Shown: positions 1-12,790 of the stretch, one piece after another | How positions within the stretch are numbered: position 1 is the stretch's first letter | How the letters are laid out: the number at the start of each line of letters is the position of its first letter | NCBI RefSeq assembly: GCF_006345805.1 | Contig: NC_043003.1 | Coordinates: forward strand, 100,440,001 to 100,504,000 | Length of the DNA stretch: 64,000 nt | Direction of reading: 5' to 3' | Origin: Octopus sinensis | Taxonomy: Eukaryota | Made by a program: the position numbers and the translations under genes | The notes under the pieces: generated by a model | Told to the model about the DNA's origin: nothing | Seen by the model: the letters and a program-made list of their open reading frames with translations, nothing else | The model's database searches: none

Positions 1-1030
1 TAAAGAAAAGGATATTTATTTTATCCGTTAACCGAAAGCAGCGATGGCAACAGCAAGACGATTTTACATCGGAATGAAGTAAAAAACTTTAAAAATGTTT
101 TTATTAGCAATTTTTCTGAGGAGATAGTTTATCTATAGTCTTTCTTAGGAAGCGAAACCATTAGACTTTTATTTTTTTCAGTATGCTAGTTTGAAGCAAT
201 CACTTTGGAAACAAATTTACGCAGATTGTAAACAAACACAAAATGGGGGATTCAAGTTTGGAAAATTTGTGAAGCAAATACTGGGTACTGTTGCGGATTT
301 AGTTTTTATACAGGGAAACTAATGTTAGTCAGACTGGCTTAGGGTATGATGTGGTCTGGAAGTTATTGTTTGAAGCGATCAATGCGGAAACAAATTTACG
401 CAGATTGTAAGCAAACACAAAATAGGGGATCAAAGTTCGGAAAATTTGTGAAGCAAATACTGGGTACTGCAGTGGATTTAGTTTTTATACAAGGAAAATA
501 ATGTTAGTCAGCATGGCCTAGGGAACGATGTGGTCTGGAATTTATCACTTCCATACCATAACCAGGGCCGTATATTATTTTTTGACCGATTTCTTTAGTT
601 CGGTCAAACTTGCGGTGGGTTCCGGTATTTCAGTTTATTCCACCTTTATGGTACACCTGTTGTGCATTAAATTCAACTGATGATCTAGTGATGTGCACAA
701 TTCTTCTTTATCAAAATTTTGTTGCATACCCATTTAAATATTAGCTGATGATTCATTTTCTATGGTGATGTTTAAACAAAATTTTAATATTTTTACCTTT
801 TGCTCAATTTACCTGGATTTACTTGTAATTAAAGTCATTTTGAGACAAAAGTTATGCAATAGGATTGATTAAGAACCCTTTCTTTAATTATGTTCCAAAT
901 ATCACATTGATATGTTGATAAGTAAAAAAGTTAGTTATTTAATGAAACAAGCCTAAATTCATGATTATTTTAGAATTTAATTGAAACTCATGAGGGGGGT
1001 ATTTTGGTCAGAAATATAGTAACGAAAGGG
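1..1030. mobile_element. Probable right end of a piggyBac-like non-autonomous DNA element; left end not in window
   Basis: Ends ...AGTAACGAAAGGG followed by TTAA (1031-1034), i.e. a CCCTTTCGTTACT terminus with a TTAA target. A related terminus (TTAACTCTTTGTTACT) occurs near 18288. No ORF. Confidence 0.4.
190..547. repeat. Tandem dimer of a ~179-bp unit
   Basis: TTTGAAGC...GGAAACAAATTTACGCAGATTGTAA...GATGTGGTCTGGAA starts at 190 and again at 369, with scattered substitutions. Confidence 0.85.
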
Positions 1031-1039
1031 TTAACCAGA

Positions 1040-1260
1040 CAGCTTTCATATGAGATGCCTGAGAAAAATATGCAAAATAAAATGTGAGTGAGGGACAGTG
1101 ATATCTTGTCTATGTATAATATCCCATAAAAACTTTCCTAATCAGGACTCAACTGAGATGGTGTGGCCATGTTTCACAAATGAATGATGGTAGAGTTCCA
1201 AAAGCAAGTCTTTTATGGACAACTAAAAAAACTCATAACACAAGGTTGGCAGACCATTAC
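1040..1260 (+). mobile_element. RTE-like LINE RT C-terminal fragment
   Basis: Encodes LRWCGHVSQMNDGRVPK..FYGQL, the typical RTE C-terminal motif; heavily decayed. Confidence 0.45.
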
Positions 1261-1499
1261 TAGCATAAAGATATAGTTAGGAATAATTTAAAATGTGTCA
1301 ACATAAGTAATGACTGAGAGGGTATTGCAAAAAACTGAAAACTGAATAGAGAAGATTCCATCACCATGACCAGTTGCATGAAAAAAAGAAAATGAAAGTC
1401 AGAAAGCAAAATTATCAAAATATAAATTTTCAAGAGAAGAGATGAATCAATGGCCAGACACGTAAATGTGTAAATACACATATATACATAATAACTCAA

Positions 1500-2950
1500 A
1501 ACCTTGAGAGGAAAACTATTACTGAAAATGACAGATTAACAAGCCATCATTAATAAATTTGCATTTAATCTCTAAGCGATATTATTACTCAATGACAGAA
1601 AACATCAGTGAAAAGAGCTCCTTTTCAAGAAGAATTTAAATCATTTTAGCCTAAGACCTGGAGAAACAAGGATTCTAATTATAATACATTATGGATCAAT
1701 AGAATAAAGAAGGAATACTGTGCTAACAGCAATAAAACATACTACTAATTGCAAAACTTTTACTAAGGCTGAAAGAAGACTGCATAATTTGGAAGCAGAA
1801 ATTGAATAGTTGGATACTGATAAAAAATACTAATATTCTACAGAATGCCACAATCTGTAGGACTATTTTCCATAGTTCTGCAGAACTATGGAAGGTGAAA
1901 TTGAAATATATAAACTAGCTTGCAAATAGTAGGGATAAATACTGTATCCAAGAATAAAAACACTGACTTGTAAGATAAAGAAATATGATAGTTTAAACAA
2001 ATATTATGGAGAAGTGTTATACATAATTTTCTTCAAAAACCATTATGAGTTCATTAAAGCACTGACTAATGAGCAGACAGGTTTTAAAAAGAGAGTGCAA
2101 TGATGTGTGGAGGAAATTTTGATTAATAAAGCTATGGTTTAAAAGAAAAGGTATCTGATTACTCCTCACTTATGACTGCTACAATCACTGCATTTTACAA
2201 AATATTAATATACACTTACACAATACACGGGAAAATAAGCCAATACAGATTTTGATGCAAAATAGTATCGCTAAAAAAGCCCCTACCAAACAACAGCAAA
2301 AACAATATCTCAAATAAGTGCTCAAAAATGAAGAGAACAACATCTTATGATAACAGTCTAACAACCCAAAACACTGCTAGATTAACATACATCAAGAAAA
2401 AACACAAGGGCAAACATTATGCAAGGTTGAAAATAATGCCAATATCAGCAGGAAGCTTGGATTTGTAACCAACATGTCAGACTCAATAACCATACATTTT
2501 GCATCCCAAAAACTTACTAAATGTTACAGTTCTGTGGAAAACATTACATCTGATCAACAGCTGTCTTCTCCAAAATGAAGGCATGACACCCTTGCTAAAA
2601 TAATATAATACACCACCTGTAGGAAAGTCTGTACTCAAGCATAAAAATATATTATTGGTGCTGAGTATATTCTTAAATTCCAATACTATAAATATTGGTG
2701 TAATATTCTCACCAAAACTTCCACATCAGGTCTGAGAGTTGATTGTGACAGAAAACAAAAACTAGATACTGCCTGGTCTATGTGAACACAAATACTTGAT
2801 ATTGCCAGTTGATGTGAACATTTAATTCATTCAAAATTAGTAAGAAAGGGAACTTCTTCAAAACTTAAAATTATTATAAAACTACATTTGTACTCAGAGA
2901 CACACTTGGTTATGGCACTAAGTACTTTAATAATCTGGAAAACTGAGGCT
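1500..2950 (+). mobile_element. Highly decayed R4/Dong-like RLE non-LTR retrotransposon
   Basis: Remnants EQTGFKK..CVEEILINKAMV (~2070-2140), RHDTLAKII after the zinc-knuckle region (~2580) and RLE-like IP.DVNI (~2800-2830), broken by many stops and frameshifts. Confidence 0.45.
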
Positions 2951-3142
2951 TTCAAGTAAATGAAGAGAAGATTTAACTTGTATTCTGAAAATTCAATATG
3001 TAAGTAGAACACTGAAAATATCCAGTATTAGTTAAATGTTTATGAGGAAGCATTGTTTCTTCGCCAGCAATTCTTTCTTTATTGGAAAAATGTAAAGAAT
3101 TAAAAATACACACAAACACAGATAAATGTAAAATATACTTAC

Positions 3143-3249
3143 ACTATTCTGTTGTTACTCAGAAGTAGGCACTTTAGGCGCTTCAAGAGAGGAAATCCAT
3201 CCAGTTTTCGAATTTCGTTATCAGAAAAATCTATGGTATCAAATTGATC
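3143..3249 (-). CDS. SNRPA1: U2 snRNP A' coding exon 3 (107 nt)
   Basis: ttgtag|GATCAATTT...AGAATAGT|gtaagt encodes DQFDTIDFSDNEIRKLDGFPLLKRLKCLLLSNNRIV, nearly identical to the U2A' leucine-rich repeat. Phase matches exon 2. Confidence 0.97.
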
Positions 3250-3445
3250 CTACAAGTAGTTCAAACATGTTAAAATAAAGTCAGACAAAAAAAAAGGACA
3301 AAAATAAAAAAAAAATAATACAATATTCAACTAAATTTTATTAAATTAACAGTGCTTCCCAGGTAGACAAACTGTTATTAAATTTCCAGGAAATTATTGT
3401 CCAACTAGTCACAGCAATTTTACTGTTGTATGTTATGAACCTATT

Positions 3446-3714
3446 TGTATACAGTTCTATATTTGCGAGATGAGGAATTATGTACATTATTTACATTTGA
3501 CGGATATTTGTCCTCACCTTGTTTGTTGTTAACACATTTCGGCTGATATACTCTCCAGCCTTCTTCAGGTGTCCTGGGGAAATTTCAAACCTAGGTTCTC
3601 ATTCCTAAGGTATTTTTCAATATTATTATTATTATTATTCAGGTCACTGTCTGGAATCAAACTCGGAATCTTGGGGTTAGTAGCCTGCACTCTTAACCAC
3701 CACGCCATATACCC
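3446..3714 (-). mobile_element. tRNA-headed SINE-like element carrying a hammerhead relic
   Basis: Minus strand: A-box TGGCGTGGTGG, B-box GAGTTTGATTCC, a (TAA)n spacer, then GACAC-CTGAAGA-A-GGCTG..CAGCC-GAAA-T-GTGTT and an AT-rich tail. Confidence 0.7.
3531..3573 (-). ncRNA. Degenerate minimal type-I hammerhead ribozyme motif (stem III and cleavage triplet missing)
   Basis: Stem I GACAC/GTGTT, core CTGAAGA, 5-bp stem II GGCTG/CAGCC, then GAAA. Only one nt lies between GAAA and stem I, so this copy is predicted inactive. Confidence 0.6.
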
Positions 3715-3945
3715 AACAATCTTCCTAGAACTGCCTATCTGAAATGGGAAGTGGAGTAAGTCCTCTGCACATATTTCATGAACATAGCTGTTGTAATCAA
3801 CAGCTGTGCAGTGGCTCATCCCCAGCTCTTCAACACAAAACTGGATTAAAGTCAACGCCTTGATCCATGAATAAAGGGGGGAAAAAAAGCAGTGCATTCC
3901 TAAGAGGAAGGGTGTTACATTCCAACATGTATCATTAACAGACAT
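3715..3945 (-). mobile_element. Merlin (IS1016/IS1595-like) transposase fragment truncated by the SINE
   Basis: YSWIKALTLIQFCVEELGMSHCTAVDYNSYVHEICAEDLLHFPFQIGSSRKIV matches the Merlin segment that precedes the IGG.G..VEIDES motif. Confidence 0.6.
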
Positions 3946-4861
3946 TCATTGCATCCTTTTTGGGAGCACTGCTAGTAAATTTTCCCACAAAGTATCTTGT
4001 TCATGTAGTGTCTTTTTGTACATAGTTTTCTTTTAGGGATAACACCTTTTGCATCTTTCTTGGTTTTCAGTTTCTCCATCATATTTGAAAGGTTAAATGA
4101 GTTGGCTGCAGTCAGGAAAATACATGAGGTAATGATAGGACAGACACTGAAAATTTCTGTTTGTTTTGGAAAAAGACACAGGTGAAAATGACAAAAATGA
4201 GGTAGTACAAATGTTCAATAAATAGGCATGTGTCAAAGAAAATAGACAGATAAAGACAATGCACATGGTTGGAGTACAGCAGACTATACTTTGGCTTGTT
4301 ACTCTGGAAACAGGCATCAACATGTCAGTTGCTTTCAAATGGCTAAATTTACACAAAATTTACAAACTTTAAAAGTTATCAACTCTTTATTTATTAATTT
4401 GTTGCAAAAATAAATTTTGTTTCCATAAGTAGCATACAAAACTACACCAGAACACGAAAATTGGAAACAATTGGAACAAAACTTCAAGACTTGAAAACTG
4501 TGACAGCAACAGGAAAGATCCCATTGCTTGTATGACACAGGTGCTTGTTTACAACCATCATGTGATGTCACAAGGGTATACACAAACACACATACATTTA
4601 CATATACATATGTAATCTGTAAAAATTATGAGGTATGAGAGGTAAATGTATACATACCAAATTTTCTCTTTATATATACTTATATAAAGAGAAAAAATTA
4701 GTTTATTATGATCAGTAACAATAAAGACATATTGTTTCATATCAATTAAGGTGCTAGATTGAAGTTCAGGGAATTAACCATCCTTAATGTCAACAAAAAG
4801 CAAGGGATAAAAAAAGAAGTAGTTAAAGTAAATATAAAAAAATAATTAGCTTAACCCTTTT

Positions 4862-7036
4862 CATGGTAAAGAACTTCTTCCTGATTTACAAGGAATTCTG
4901 CGAAGGTGGCGAGAACACTTTAATGAACTTTTGAATCAGCAGTCTGTAGTTAGTGAGGATGTTCTCAAACTCGTCCCTGGATTACCTGTGAAGGCGGCTC
5001 TCGCAGAACCACCAAAGTTGGAAGAAGTTGCAGTGGCTGTCTCAAGGATGAATAATGGAAAGTCTCCGGGTATGGATGGCATACAAGCGGAGTTATTACA
5101 GTATGCTGGTAAGAAACTTCTGCAGCAATTCACTCTTTGTTTGGTAGGATATGGGCTAATGAATCTGTACCTGAAGACTGGAGAGATACAGTAATGGTGG
5201 TCTTATATAAGGGAAAGTGCAACAGGAATGATTGTGGTAAGTACAGGGGAATATCATTGATTTCTGTTGTAGGAAAAGTTTTATGCAGGGTACTTCTGGA
5301 TCGTCTGCTGAAACACGCTGCAGATTTTGTGTTCTTCCAGAAAGTCAATATGGCTTTCATGTGATCTTTTCAGTTAGACAGCTTCAGGAGAAGTGTGTGG
5401 AACAGGGTCTAGATCTATATCAGGTTTTTGTCGATCTGACAAAAGCCTTTGATACTGTTAATAGAAATGCACTGTGGAAAGTCCACAAGTAACTTGGTTG
5501 TCCTGAAAAGTTCCTTGCTTTGGTTAGGTCTTTTCATGAAGATATGAAGGGTAGGGTTAATGTTAGAGGTAAAATGTCAGAGCCTATCCCAATACAAAAT
5601 GGAGTGAAACAGGGGGATACTTTGGCACTATTTGCCATATATTTTGCGATGGTCTTCTGTATTGCATTCAGAAACTGCAGATATGGTGTTTACATCCATT
5701 ATCGAACCTCTGGCAGCATATTTAATATCAGGCGCTTTGCTGCAAAAACAAAGGTATTTACCTCTATCATAAGAGACCTTTTGTATGCAGATGATTGTGA
5801 GCTAGTAGCACACACGGAGATTGATATGCAACACATTTTGAATGCATTCTCTGATGCTTGCACTGCCTTAGGATTGAAAGTCAGTCACAAGAAAACTGTT
5901 GTCATGTACCAACCTGCCCCTGGTAAGCAGTATAGTGAACCAAATATCTATATGTAAATGACATGATGTAGTTGATCAGTTTGTCTACCTGGGAAGCACT
6001 AGTAATAGATATAGCAATTTGGATGATGAAATTCCATACAGAATTAGGAAAGTAAGTGATGCCTTCCGAAGGCTGGTAAGACGCCTCTGGAGTTGGCGAG
6101 ACATATGCAGGTATTCAAAGATAAAAGTGTACAAGGCATGTGTGCTCTCTTCTCTTCTTTATGCCTGCGAAACGTGGGTCACATATCGATACCACCTTAA
6201 ACTGGAACGTTTCCATCATATGTGTCTCAGATGGATCTATGGCACTAAGTGGGAGGACCGCATCAGTGATCTTGAAATATTGGAAAGCTCTCAGTGTGTA
6301 AGTATAGAAGCTCTTGTGTTAAAGCAAAGGCTCAGATGGAGTGGTCATCTGGTCAGGATGAAGGATTCAAGGATGCCAAAACAACTCCTTTATAGAGAGT
6401 TAGCTAAAGGAGAATGACCTCCACATAAACCGAAACAGAGGTATAAAGACTTGCTGAAGGCTTCCTCAAAAGATGCTTGCATCTCTTTTGACACATGGAA
6501 GGGCATAGCTATTGACCGTAGTAGGTGGAGAAGGATTGTGTATGAGGGGACAGCTACATTTGAGAAATATCGAGCTGCACATGAGAAAGTAAGGAGGGAT
6601 GTCAAGGAGGGCATCGCTGTTGCACTTCCAGATGGTAGGGGTCTTCCTATGATGCTGACATGCAGTGTCTGTGCAAGACCCTGCCTCAGTAAAGCTGGAC
6701 TCAAGAGTCATCTTTGTAGTCATAAAGCGAAACAGATGATTGACAACCAGGTCACTGATAGTGGTGTTACACACCATACTAATCATATCTGTCATGTATG
6801 TAGAAAGGAGTGTAATTCGGCAGGTGGACTTAAACAACATGCAAAGGTACATGAAGCCCAGTTACAACTACAGCCGGCTATTGCCAGTAAAGGTTTTAGC
6901 TGCCAATTCTGTACAAGACATTGTAGATCTTTAGCTGGACTAAAGAGTCACATTCAATCACAGCACCAACAGTTAAGCCTTGTGCAATGGCCATACTCGA
7001 CAACGAGGGGTCAGCCATCATGTATTTATGTATGTA
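4862..7036 (+). mobile_element. 5'-truncated RTE (BovB-like) LINE with three C-terminal C2H2 zinc fingers; in the SNRPA1 intron
   Basis: Frameshifted RT (KSPGMDGIQAE, FVDLTKAFDTVNR, GVKQGD, YADD, LRWSGHLVRM), then CxxC-x12-HxxxH repeats at ~6655-6723, 6784-6852 and 6895-6966, and a (TGTA)n-like tail. Confidence 0.9.
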
Positions 7037-7232
7037 TAGTTAATCCAAACATGAAAACACAAAGACCAAGCACAACAATGCCAGGGCATGGAACAAGTAT
7101 AGTGTTACTGGATGCTCAGGAAAGAAAAGAAAGAGGATTTAACGTTTCGGGCAGAGCTCTTCATCAGAAACATAGAAAAAGGAAAGATCCAAGAAAGGAA
7201 GACGGAGAAAGAAAATCGCCAACGATACACAC

Positions 7233-7405
7233 GTGGTCACATAGTGGTAAGTAGCTTGCTTACCAACCACATGGTTCTATGTTCAGTCCCACTGCATGGC
7301 ACCTTGGGCAAGTGTTTTCTACTAAAGCCTCGGGCTGACCAAAGTCCTGTGAGTGGATTCAGCAGACGGAAACTGAAAGAAGCCCGTCGTATATATGTAT
7401 ATGTA

Positions 7406-7447
<42 letters not shown>

Positions 7448-7966
7448 GAGGCCCAATGGCCCAGTGGTTAGGGCAGTGGACTTGCAGTCAGAGGATCCCA
7501 GTTTCGATTCCCAGACCGGACGTTGTGTGTGTTTATTGAGCGCAAACACCAAAAGCTCCATGAGGGTCCGGCAGGAGGTGGGGGCGACCCCTATTGTACT
7601 CTTTCGCCCTAACTTTCTCTCACTCTTTCTTCCTGTTTCTTGAGTAATGCTGCGATGGACTGGCGTCCCGTCCAGCTGGGGGGGAAACACATGCCATAGA
7701 AACCGGGAAATCGGGCCCATAAGCCTGGCTAAGCTTGAAAAGGGCGCATAAATAAAATATGTGTGTGTTTGTGTATCTGTGTTTGTCCCTCCCAGCATCG
7801 CTTGACAACCGATGCTGGTGTTTACGTCCCTGTAACTTGGTAGTTCAGCAAAGAGATCGATAGAATAAGTACTAGGCTTACAAAGAATAAATCGTGGGGT
7901 CGATTTGCTCGACTAAAGGTGGTGCTCCAGCATGGCCGCAATCAAATGACTGAAACAAGTAAAAGA
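7233..7966 (+). mobile_element. tRNA-derived SINE (head, (TA)/(TG) spacer, body) split by a nested SINE
   Basis: Same head and body as the uninterrupted copy at 30108-30530 (GTGGTAAGTAGCTTGCTT..., CGCTTGACAACCGATGCTGGTG..., GACTGAAACAAGTAAAAGA). Confidence 0.85.
7445..7757 (+). mobile_element. Second tRNA-derived SINE family, nested in the (TA)n spacer of the first
   Basis: A-box TGGCCCAGTGG, B-box-like GTTTCGATTCCC, internal CTGCGATGGACTGGCGTCCCGTCCAG domain, A-rich end. Confidence 0.75.
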
Positions 7967-8183
7967 ATATATACACACACATATGTATGTATGTGTGTAT
8001 ATATATATATATATATACACACACACATATATATAACTTTTCATATCCACGCTAATTTACACCAGTAAATTCAAAGTAAAGTATGAAGAAATAACAATAG
8101 AAATGTTTTGGAAACTACTCCAATTAAAGGAAGAATTCGCATTCAACCTTTTAAAAAATATATATCAACATGTACACATTCAC

Positions 8184-8233
<50 letters not shown>

Positions 8234-8690
8234 TTATATTAAGTATGAGTTAGAAATTAGACAACCATCTAAGGGATAATAAATATCCAATATACTAATG
8301 GAGGTATACCTTTTTATATCCAAATGCTTACTGTTGCAAGGCAATAGTACGAGTGAATAACAGGTATAAGTGGAGGTAAACAAAAGTTTATCCAGAATTT
8401 ATAAGACAAGGAAGAAAATGGAGAAGAGATTCAATTGACAAACATCAGCAATCATAGGAATAAATAAATACAACTCTTACAACTGTTTCTACTTTGGGGG
8501 TCTAGTATGCGAAAGTTGACACATCATACAAAAATTGAATACCAAAACATCATAAGAGAGTCCCTAATGGCAAGAAGTAAAAACGTAAAGTCCAAGGTTA
8601 TATCCAGAAGTTGTGAGATCACGTCTTATTTCAATTTGATGGAGGAGATAATAAAGATAAAGTAAGAGAGAAGAGGGAAAGAGAGTAGGG

Positions 8691-8772
8691 GTGAAGAGAA
8701 GTAGGAGTGAAGAGAAGTAGGAGTGAAGAGAAGTAGGAGTGAAGAGAAGTAGGAGTGAAGAGAAGTAGGAGT
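8691..8772. repeat. 16-bp minisatellite GTGAAGAGAAGTAGGA x5
   Basis: Five perfect units read directly. Confidence 0.95.
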
Positions 8773-9534
8773 CGGGGCAAGGGGAGGAGGTTAGATGAAG
8801 AGGGGAGGAGAGTTGAGCCCAAATGGCGTAAAGGAGCGAAGAGAGAAGATATATATATACCCACAAGCATACACACATGTAAGTCTGCACGCACAAGTAC
8901 ACACCCATATGTATAAATATCATTATACATATGAATATATGAATAAACACTTACAAATAAGGGTTTAGTTATTTGGGAAGCAATATGCTAGAGAGGACTT
9001 GTAGAATAAATAAATTTGGCATTAAAAATAAAGTTAAGGTTAATTGTAATTATAGAGAAACAATGAGTGTTCAGGTAAGGATAGAGATGAAAGGAATGAA
9101 ATGCTATGTGTGGTAGTTTGCTATAAGAGTTATAAGAATACACCTACATATATAAATAAATATCAATAAGTATACACTCACAAATAAATCTTATTTGGGT
9201 TTTATATTTATACAGAGTTTGGGTTGAGCCTCAAGGCTTCTTCAGAGTACAAATGTTAGGAAATTAACGTGGGGAAACTCAGTTAAAATAATAGGGTAAG
9301 GTCAATAAGATAAGAGTAAAATAGGTAGAAAATAAAAAATAATGTCATGTAATGTAATAGACATGGTAAGGAAAAGTAAGAATTTCATTTCAAGATGTTA
9401 TTATAATCCATGGTATTCCATCCTGTAGCAAGTAAAGTCACTCTCTGGAGATATATCCGTAGGCTGCGGATTACATCATGTTTCCATTATACTGAGGGAA
9501 AGAGTGAAGGTAGTATGCTATGTGGTGAGTTGAA

Positions 9535-10435
9535 TGGTATGAGCGGTTTCCGTTCGGGTATCCAGTATCTGACACAGCTCAGACTGTAATAAAGTGTCTT
9601 ACAGATTTGTTCTCAGTTTTTGGTATGCCCAGTTATGTACATTCAGATCGTGGAACTGCCTTTATGTCTACAAGATTGAGAGAATGGCTCCTCGGTAAGG
9701 ACATTGCAATGAATAGGATGACACCATACAATCTCACTTGGAACAACCAAGTAGAAAGATATAATGGTATTATTTGGAAGTCAGTACTACTCTCTTTGAA
9801 AACCCGCGCCCTTCCAGTATCTTCATGTGAAACAGTTCTTCCAGATGCGTTGCATTCAATCAGATCTCTACTTTGTACGTCCACTAACACCACTTCTCAT
9901 GAACGTCTTTTTAACTATCAAAGACGTTCAGTAACAGGAACATCTATGCCAACATGGCTTCTTAACCCAGAACCTGGCTTGTTCAAAGGAACAATCACAC
10001 TAACAAGTATGACCCTATCGTGTACCAAGTTGATTTAATCGAAGCCAACTTCCAATACACTCACGTTCATTATCAAGATGGTCACGAAACCACAGTATCC
10101 ACAAAACAATTGGCATCACCAGGGAAGATTAACCCAAACATTTGTCACTCAACAGCCAGACAGAGAACCAACTGAAATTTCCCCTCCTCCAAGAGATAAC
10201 CGTCAAGAACAAAAAGAATCCCCTCAGCTGTGTCGATCACAAAGGATTTGGAAAGCTCCAGAAAGGCTTAATCTATGATTTTTTCCCTTCTTTTTCTAGG
10301 AGGGGGTGAATGTTATGCAAATAACATTGATATGAAGAGCATGCGCATTTGACAGGAAGAGGAAGAGAGAACGGTCATTCAGAATAACGTACAGGACTAT
10401 GACTAAAAATTAGTTTCTTTGAACCAGGAATTACA
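9535..10435 (+). mobile_element. Ty3/Gypsy 3' fragment: integrase, polypurine tract and short LTR (10311-10435)
   Basis: Integrase core PSYVHSDRGTAFMS...QVERYNGIIW, PPT AGGAGGGGGTGAA, then TG...CA LTR. Confidence 0.8.
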
Positions 10436-11329
10436 TGTTTATTGGTAATTTAACTTATTTTGCAACAATTGTGCATATTTATTCATCAGCTATGTTTTTG
10501 TAGATAAGAATTATGAACAACTTTTCCTGTGATTGTGATTTGAGAAGATATACAGAAGTATGCTAAAGATCGGCATAATCTCTTATGGGCAAGAAATGTA
10601 AAATACAGTTTATTATAAACACAAACACTTCATAATTTAATAGCCTTCAATGTGATGCCTGTTAAACAGAAATTATTTTTATTTAATCAAAATTTAATAA
10701 AATCTAATCATAAGTAAGTGAAATTATGCTAAATACAACTAAATAAAAAAAACTTTTTTCCCCAGGCCCTATCGGCAATTCTGAAAACTTTTGGGTGCGA
10801 ATTTGACACGAGTAAAAGCTTTTTTTAATCATTTTTATCCTGAAAATTACCTGTGTAAATTACACAGGTGTGCAAATTATATGAATGGTTCTGTCTATGC
10901 CACTTCCATTAATACAAACTGAATTATCTGGGAATGCTGAAAAAGACCAGCATCCTTTCCATGTAACAATGTATCATCCATTTAATAACATGGAAATAGA
11001 GCTAAGTATCAGTCCTTAAAATATCTCCATCAATCTTGTTTATGAAGAGATTTCTAAGTTAAACCCACTGAAGAGAGAGACTGTGGAAGATATAGGCTGA
11101 AGTAATAAAGAGTGAGCTGAAGATGTTGCACATCACAGAAGATATGACAAAGGACTGTCCTGATGAGTGATATGCAGTACAGGAAAAGACCTGACCACTC
11201 ATAGTGAAACATGCATTGAAATGATGGTAGTGACAAAAGCTGGTGATATATACAGATGTGCATCCATTCATGTGCACACATACCCCTACACATATGCATA
11301 TATATATAAATATATACACATGCACATCT

Positions 11330-12790
11330 TCATTTAATGTCTGTCTTCCCCAGGCTACTGTGTCTGTTTTGAGAGGGATTTTACAGCCCTTCCTAACACC
11401 AACAACTCTGCAAAGTGGACTCAGTGCCTTTTACATGGCACTAGCACAGGTGAGGTTAGTTTTGGCATGATTTTTACAGCTGGATGCCCTTCCAAATATC
11501 AGCCATTTTACAGTGTGGACTGGATGCTTTTTACGAGGCATCAGCACTGGCAAGGTCACCAAGTAACTTGCAAGGAATTTTGGGAGGGAACTTGTGTCAG
11601 AGGATGAAAAGTTAGAGTGTAACAGAGAGACAGAAACGGGTGTCTTGCTATAATGGAGGGGGTATTGGAAACAGTGATCTAATGTCAAATGATGAAAGGT
11701 TAGAGCAAGATAGAGAAATAGAGATGCAGAAACAGGTATCTTGCTATAGAGGAGGTACATGGTTACCCAACAAGTGAGAGAGAGAAAGAGAGAGAAGAGA
11801 AAGGTACAAGAAAGAGGATAGAAACAGGTACACAGATATAAAGAAGATATTTGGTTATGTAGTCAGAAAGAAATGCAAGAGGAACCAGAGTGATCAAGAA
11901 TGAGGGCAAAAACAGGTGTGCTACTGTAGAGGAGATATACGGCTACCCAACCAGAGGAAAGAGTAAGGGAAAGAGAGAAAGAGTGGGAAACAGCAAAAGT
12001 GCAAGAGAGAGCAGGAAGGAGATGATGAAGTGCCAAGGATCCAGGAAGGAGATGAAGTAAAAAGGATCAGAGCATAGATGTGATGGTAGAATAAGGAAGA
12101 GAGAGGTATAGAGGTCATAATATACATGGTCAGGTATTGTGAAGAAGGTATAAGTAGGGAGTAGAGATTGTTGTGACTTGCAAAAACTTGGGTATAAAAA
12201 TGGGGTGGGGGAAAGCAGCAATACAGTGAGCAAGAAGGGCAGAGAAGGGGATTGGAAGACAATCATAGTTTATGGAGAGGAAATGTAAGAGAAAGATGCA
12301 GTTTAGATAAGATGTAGTTTGGGTCCTTGGGGTAAGGTGTGTGAAAAGTTTGTTGTTACATGTGGGTGGGACACAACGCTTCTAGCTCTCAGTTTTGCTG
12401 ATGTGGGTGGGTCTTCTCTAGAACATACTATCACCAAACATCTCAGTCTATTGTCATTTCCTTTGTGAGCCTAACAGCCTAAGATCAGTCCTCACCACTT
12501 CATCTCATTTCTTCCTGGGTCTCTCTCTTCCACAGGTGCTATTAACTTTCAATGACAGGCACTTCTTTATACAGCTGTCTTTACTCATATGCATCACATG
12601 TCCAAACCAACACATTCTCCTCTCCTGCATGCCACATTTAATCCCTTTCATGTCTAACTTTTCTTTTAACACAGTTATGCTTTGTCAGTCATGCACACTG
12701 ATGTTGCAAATTCAACAGGGCATACTACCTTCATTCCTCTCCAGAGAGGCATAAGAGGAATTGGTTATTGTGTGCAAGCAAGAAGACTGC
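11330..12790 (-). mobile_element. RTE LINE 3' fragments (RT C-terminus and 3' UTR)
   Basis: 12480-12620 resembles 20590-20720; it carries the family 3' motif TACAGCTGGATGCCCTTCC also seen near 20075. Confidence 0.55.

Noticed and set aside
2640-2730. FGENITP...ILSTNN as a possible SNRPA1 exon 4
   Set aside because: Spacing and residues do not fit RIGEGL...LILTNN, and the region belongs to a plus-strand RLE retrotransposon relic.
7445-7520. tRNA-like sequences here and at 3650-3714 and 30110-30180
   Set aside because: They have A/B boxes but no complete cloverleaf and run into repeat bodies, so they are SINE heads, not tRNA genes.
8691-8772. Regular short repeats as a CRISPR-like array
   Set aside because: Head-to-tail units with no spacers in eukaryotic DNA; an ordinary minisatellite.
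9215-9255. Hammerhead-like CTGAAGA-AGCC-TTGA-GGCT on the minus strand
   Set aside because: The GAAA core is replaced by CAAC and no stem I partner is present; too degenerate to call.
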